DNA of 64,000 nt from Fimicolochytrium jonesii (taxonomy: Eukaryota), in NCBI RefSeq assembly GCF_025526975.1, contig NW_026515683.1:1-64000 (forward strand), written 5' to 3'. Each line of letters opens with the position of its first letter. Position 1 is the stretch's first letter. The notes beneath the pieces were generated by a model. That model was not told the origin of the DNA and did not search any database. It worked only from the letters and a program-made list of their open reading frames with translations. The position numbers were made by a program, and so were the translations under genes. Positions 61,944 to 64,000 of the stretch are shown here, piece by piece.

Positions 61944-64000
61944 ATGTCTGCGAGGAGGCCAGCCTTTGCGGACAAGACTCGAGTGCCAAGGTCCGCGTCG
62001 CCTAAAAGCCGATCCCGATCTCCCACCGACCAGGGCCGCTCGTCTCATCGGGGCGAATATGCGTCGATAGACAACCCAACTCAGTACCATCGTCGTCCCT
62101 CAACCATCGTGTCTGCTTCGCTCTTCAAAGGCAAATGCTTTTGTTTGGCATTCCCGTCGTCGGCGCAAATGAGTGATCTCGTCGATACCATACGCGCATA
62201 TGGCGGTCAAGTTGAGCTTAATGCTTCGACCGAGAAGGTGAGTCATTGTTTCAATCGCGGCGCTCTTCCTTTCGGCTAATTGATTGATGTCGGTGTTACG
62301 CCAGACGACACATCTCCTCGTCAGCCACTCGACCGATATGACCTCGATAATACACAACCTTCAAAGCAGCGAGAACGCATTGATATCTGAACTCATAGAG
62401 AATGCTTTGGTCAGGGGGCTTCCTGTTTTGATTGACTCGTATATCTGGCAGTGCATTTTCACGAAGCAGATGCTTGAGCCGTCCGGCTTCGAAGTAGTAC
62501 GGTATGTATCTCGCATTTCAAGTGTTCAGTTTCGCAGTGCAGAATGTGTGTCAATATTGTTGTCACTGCAGTTTGGATGAGAACGGGCAGTACGTGATTC
62601 CGAAAGATAGACCTAACATCAGGCGGGCCGCGAGCGAACCGGCTGCGGCGGAAATGGAAGTTGATCGACCTTTGAAAAGGCGGACACGGCCCGACATCCG
62701 TACCGCCGCCCGTCCGTCCATGAAGCGATTCAACACGTATCATCCGTCTTCCGTAGCTGCGAGCGCCAATCAGGATGATGGGGAGGATATCGTCTTGTCC
62801 CGACGTCCGTCGGGAGTCCATGATACAACGAACACGGCGGAACCGGGTGCCAAGCCTGCACATGGGCAAAGCCCGTCAGCCAAAAGTGACGCGCCGATGA
62901 CTTCTTCGCCTGTCCTGCAGCGGCCCTCTCTTCACGAGCAGTCTTCGTCTGGGACAGTCTACGTTTACGCTTCCCCACGTCCCAATAAGGTTCTTAAGTT
63001 TCCCACCGGATTATCCACGGTCGCTCCTGCCAAGAAAGTCAGTTCACTCTCTGGAAGTGATTCCAGCAGTAATGAGACTACCAACGTAGACCAGATGCCA
63101 CGACCCGCGCTGAAAAAGTCGCAAGTTCTGGAGATGGCAAAGGGGTTCGGTCTGGAACCAAAAGAGAGCTTTCGGGGAGAATCCTTATCGAGCGAGGAAG
63201 ATCAGGCGGCTCTGGAAGAAGCTGACGCAGCACCGCCTTCAACGCCAACCAAAGCTGATCGAGGTGTTCCCACCGCTAACCGACGGTCAAGCAAGATCGC
63301 TTCGAACAACTCTACGCAACGTGTCGCGCCACCCGTACCGCCACGGCCAAATCTGTCCCAACGTCCGAATCTCGATCGACGCAATACGCCACAGCTCTCG
63401 AGGCGAGACAGTGATACCTTCAGAGCTGAACACATGCTGGATGTGCCCTCATCGCCCGTGAACAGGGAAAGATCTCAGTGGCAAACGATGCTAGCATCCG
63501 TGCTGCAGGGGGAAGTCATTCGGTCAGAACAGCGCCGGATTAGCGGAACATTGACGCAAAAGCAACAATTAGATCAGCGATATCAGACCTGGTTAGGGAT
63601 CAGGGCATACCTTCGGGGACGATCAGTACCTGAAGAAAGGCAGAGGATTGATGAAAGACGAGTCGACGCTGAGGCTGTTCTCGACGAGGTGCTGAAGTTT
63701 GAGGTGCAGAAGGATTCTCCCAAGTCACCGTACGATCAGGTCGTCGACATCTTGACGAAGGTTGATAAGATCGAGTCGCTGTACCCGTCGCGGAACGCCC
63801 TGATCTTGGATAAGCCCCTGTATGCTGGCTCGCCGTTTCAACATAAGATGGAAGCTCTAAACTCCTGGTTGACCATCAGCAACTCGCTCCGATCTCAGCT
63901 GAAAGTTCTCAAGAATTGGGCGGGAAGTGAGGATCTGCTGATCTCCCGATCTCAGCATCCTCTTTCCCCTGATAAGCGTATCGAAACGACCTTCATCGAG
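61944..64000 (+). CDS. SSK2: Ssk2/Wis4-type MAP kinase kinase kinase, N-terminal part, with a BRCT-like domain; runs off the window
   Basis: WQTMLASVLQGEVIRSE..RI, WLGIRAYLRGR and ESLYPS are Ssk2 N-terminal signatures; the frame appears open from 62573 to the end. The kinase domain lies outside the window. Confidence 0.75.

Overview
Eukaryotic, intron-containing fungal DNA. The katanin p80 gene and the ankyrin family point to a flagellated, chytrid-type fungus (inference). Bases 1-25 kb and 30-50 kb are dense with transposons: Ty3/Gypsy and Ty1/Copia LTR elements, solo LTRs, a Tc1 element and a MITE. Host genes are a triple-START lipid-transfer gene (25.7-29.9 kb) and a block at 50-64 kb: EXO84, katanin p80, ATG14-like, NDUFA6 and a BRCT-bearing SSK2-type MAPKKK. 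The main discovery lies at about 30.18-50.13 kb. Removing two nested Gypsy insertions at their 5-bp TSDs reconstructs a ~6.2-kb CryptonF-type tyrosine-recombinase element (Ndc10-like core plus GCR1_C). It carries two cargo genes, one a divergent histone H3 with CenH3-like hallmarks. It also carries nine quasi-palindromic sites, each exactly 71 bp (AAGCTGAGG-N53-CCTCAGCTT), placed only in its introns/UTRs every ~0.45-1 kb. Gene models and homologies were read by eye; no database searches were run.
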